Below are positions 61,839-64,000 of a stretch of 64,000 bases of DNA, piece by piece; the first letter of the stretch is position 1; the number at the start of each line of letters is the position of its first letter. Below the pieces are notes generated by a model, which was given only the letters and a program-made list of their open reading frames with translations, did not search any database and was not told the origin of the DNA. A program made the translations under genes and the position numbers. This DNA comes from Eledone cirrhosa (lineage: Eukaryota). The stretch covers positions 48,980,001-49,044,000 of the forward strand of contig OZ024751.1 in NCBI GenBank assembly GCA_964016885.1, written 5' to 3'.

Positions 61839-63186
61839 AAAGAGACCAGAGCAATAAACATACATATATATATATATATGTTTTACATAATTGTATACGA
61901 CAATACAAGTATACCAAACTACTGACCTATCTATAAACTATACACTCTCTCTCTCACACACACACATACACACACATACACACATACACACATACACATA
62001 CACACACACATATATATATATATGTATATAACCTTATATAATTCGATAGCAATAAAATATTTTACGTTAAAGAACAGGAAAAATATAGGCTCGGCTACGA
62101 ATGAGTCGAATATATGAATGAACGTAATTAATATTACGCTGTGTTGTACAGGGTATGTGTATGAACGTGTGTGTATATGAATGTACCTGTGTGCGTATGA
62201 ACGTGTGTGTATATGATATGCATGAACTTGTATGTATGTGTATACACGCGTGTGTATGTGTGTGCGTGTGTGTGTGTGTTTGAAAGTGTGGGTATGTGTA
62301 TGAATATTTTGGTATATGTATGTACGTGTTTTTATGTGTCGACTACAATTTTTTACGTCTTCCATTTTCATTAATAGATCGTGTTAGATAGGAAAGTTAT
62401 CAGCAAGTACAGAAACTGTTTATCGGTATATGTCATTCCCTTATCAAATCGCCAATATAATTCTAGTAAATATTATCTTTATCTCAGCTACTTGCTGAGA
62501 TCTTAATATCTGGTTATATAGAAAGAAAGTTCATTATGGCCATGCAACGTTGATGAGTGTATATGAATTTGACATTATCACGGAAAACGGAAAACGTGTT
62601 TTCGGCCGATCATGAAGATTTTCGATCTAATAAAGTTATCGTTCGTTATACGCCATCTATATCTTTGCAAAAATTGTTTATTGAAGCCTGAGTTTATACG
62701 GGTTGTTTAGGGAACATAGGAACAGAAAATGCTCCTCAATGCAACCTTTATTAGGGGCACGCTGGGGTACATTTTGAGTGGTACTATACTTATATATGCG
62801 TTGTAGATTCTAATTTCACCGCGGGCAACATTTTTATAATCCTTCCTTTATACCTAAAAATACGTTTAGCAAAATAAGTTGACTCACATGAAACTTCGTT
62901 ATTGTTCGGTGTAAAATTTCTGTTTTTTTTTTAATTTATTTTATCCCCGGTCCTGCATGTATCATGAAGATTAATGTGGGGACTCAGAATGCCTTAATTA
63001 ACTTTAACTACTTATTCAACTTTTCATATTTTTACAGCTTAAATGAATCGTTCCTACTTACCAAGGATCCTTTTATTTAAATAACTTTTCCCTTGTTCGA
63101 ACTAAAATCCCTCATTCTTATATTGTTTTACAGTGAGAATGAACATTAAAAAAGAAAATGTTTCTACTACGCTAGCGTATTAAAAC

Positions 63187-63535
63187 ATGAGACTTATGAC
63201 TGGCAAGTGGCTCAGTGACCATATCTGTATCAGTGAGCTACTGAACATTACCAAACTTAGACCAATTACATCAATTGACAAGTCAAGAGTACTCAAACTA
63301 TACGGCCATATAAAAATATCAACTCGTGGTGTGAGTAGGTTATGCCTGGAAGGAAGGTTGGCTGGTGGAGAAGCAGAGGCCGGCAGCCAAAACCTTGTCT
63401 TGACAATGTCAACTTATGGACTGGACTTGATCTTTGCTCTTTGAACTCTGCTGCTGGTGATCGAACTTTGTGGAGAGAGATATCTCATATTGATACGCAG
63501 TCTGCAACTGGCGGAGTTTAGCGTCACAAGAAGAC
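63187..63535 (+). pseudogene. 3' end of an RTE-like LINE (ORF2 C-terminus), 5'-truncated
   Basis: ...RVLKLYGHIK...RLCLEGRLAG, frameshift, RSRGRQPKPCLDNVNLWTGLDLCSLNSAAGDRTLWREIS; matches the RTE-type GH..EG..R.RGRP...DN...W.G...DR..WR pattern. Confidence 0.7.
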
Positions 63536-64000
63536 TTGAAATACTGAACTTAGCTTATTGACCTCTAGATCTATAATTTCTAATAAATACAAGACATAAT
63601 TATACGATATTAAACTCCATAAAAATGTTGTGTACGTCAAAATCTGTTTCTCTAGATTGGAGCAATGCAAGGTTTAACCCTGTCATCAAATATTTATATA
63701 TACCTCATTTGTGTGAAGAACGTTTCCTTTACATTCTTTTCATTCATATTTGTCTGTATAATTTTAGTTTGTCTTGAATTCTCTGCTATGTTTGACCTAT
63801 TTGGCATTGTTTTTCATATGTTTTCCTACCATTCTATATTCTATCTCTATTTCAGATATCTTGTTTATATTAAACTATTATACATACACATATACACACA
63901 CACATCTCTCTCTCTCTATATATATATATACTAAAATCAGTGTGTATGTATTTATGTGTGCGTGTAATTGTATTTGTATGTATGTATAGATATATATCTA

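Overview
Eukaryotic, very AT-rich, repeat-saturated DNA with no convincing host protein-coding gene. The abundant (TA)n/(CA)n/(GA)n tracts and SINE types suggest an octopus/cephalopod intronic or intergenic region (inference). Almost all listed ORFs are translations of microsatellites. Supported features: many tRNA-derived SINEs of two types; an internally deleted Tx1/L1-type LINE (14.6-17.3 kb); an R4/Dong-type endonuclease remnant (18.7-19.2 kb); an RTE-type 3' end (63.2-63.5 kb); and a 4.5-kb 12-bp minisatellite (30.4-34.9 kb). The most notable signal is a set of at least eight unrelated short non-coding element families sitting inside (TA)n tracts. Most carry hammerhead-ribozyme (HHR) core motifs (CUGANGA...GAAA...NUH). 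Many form asymmetric fold-back palindromes whose arms are copy-specific and whose turn-around points often lie at the ribozyme motif, and one forms a retrozyme-like 533-bp unit with 216-bp direct terminal repeats. This fits Penelope-like pLTR ends or non-autonomous retrozyme-type elements, some with non-canonical HHR cores. Family letters are my own labels. All alignments and folds were done by eye and coordinates are approximate.
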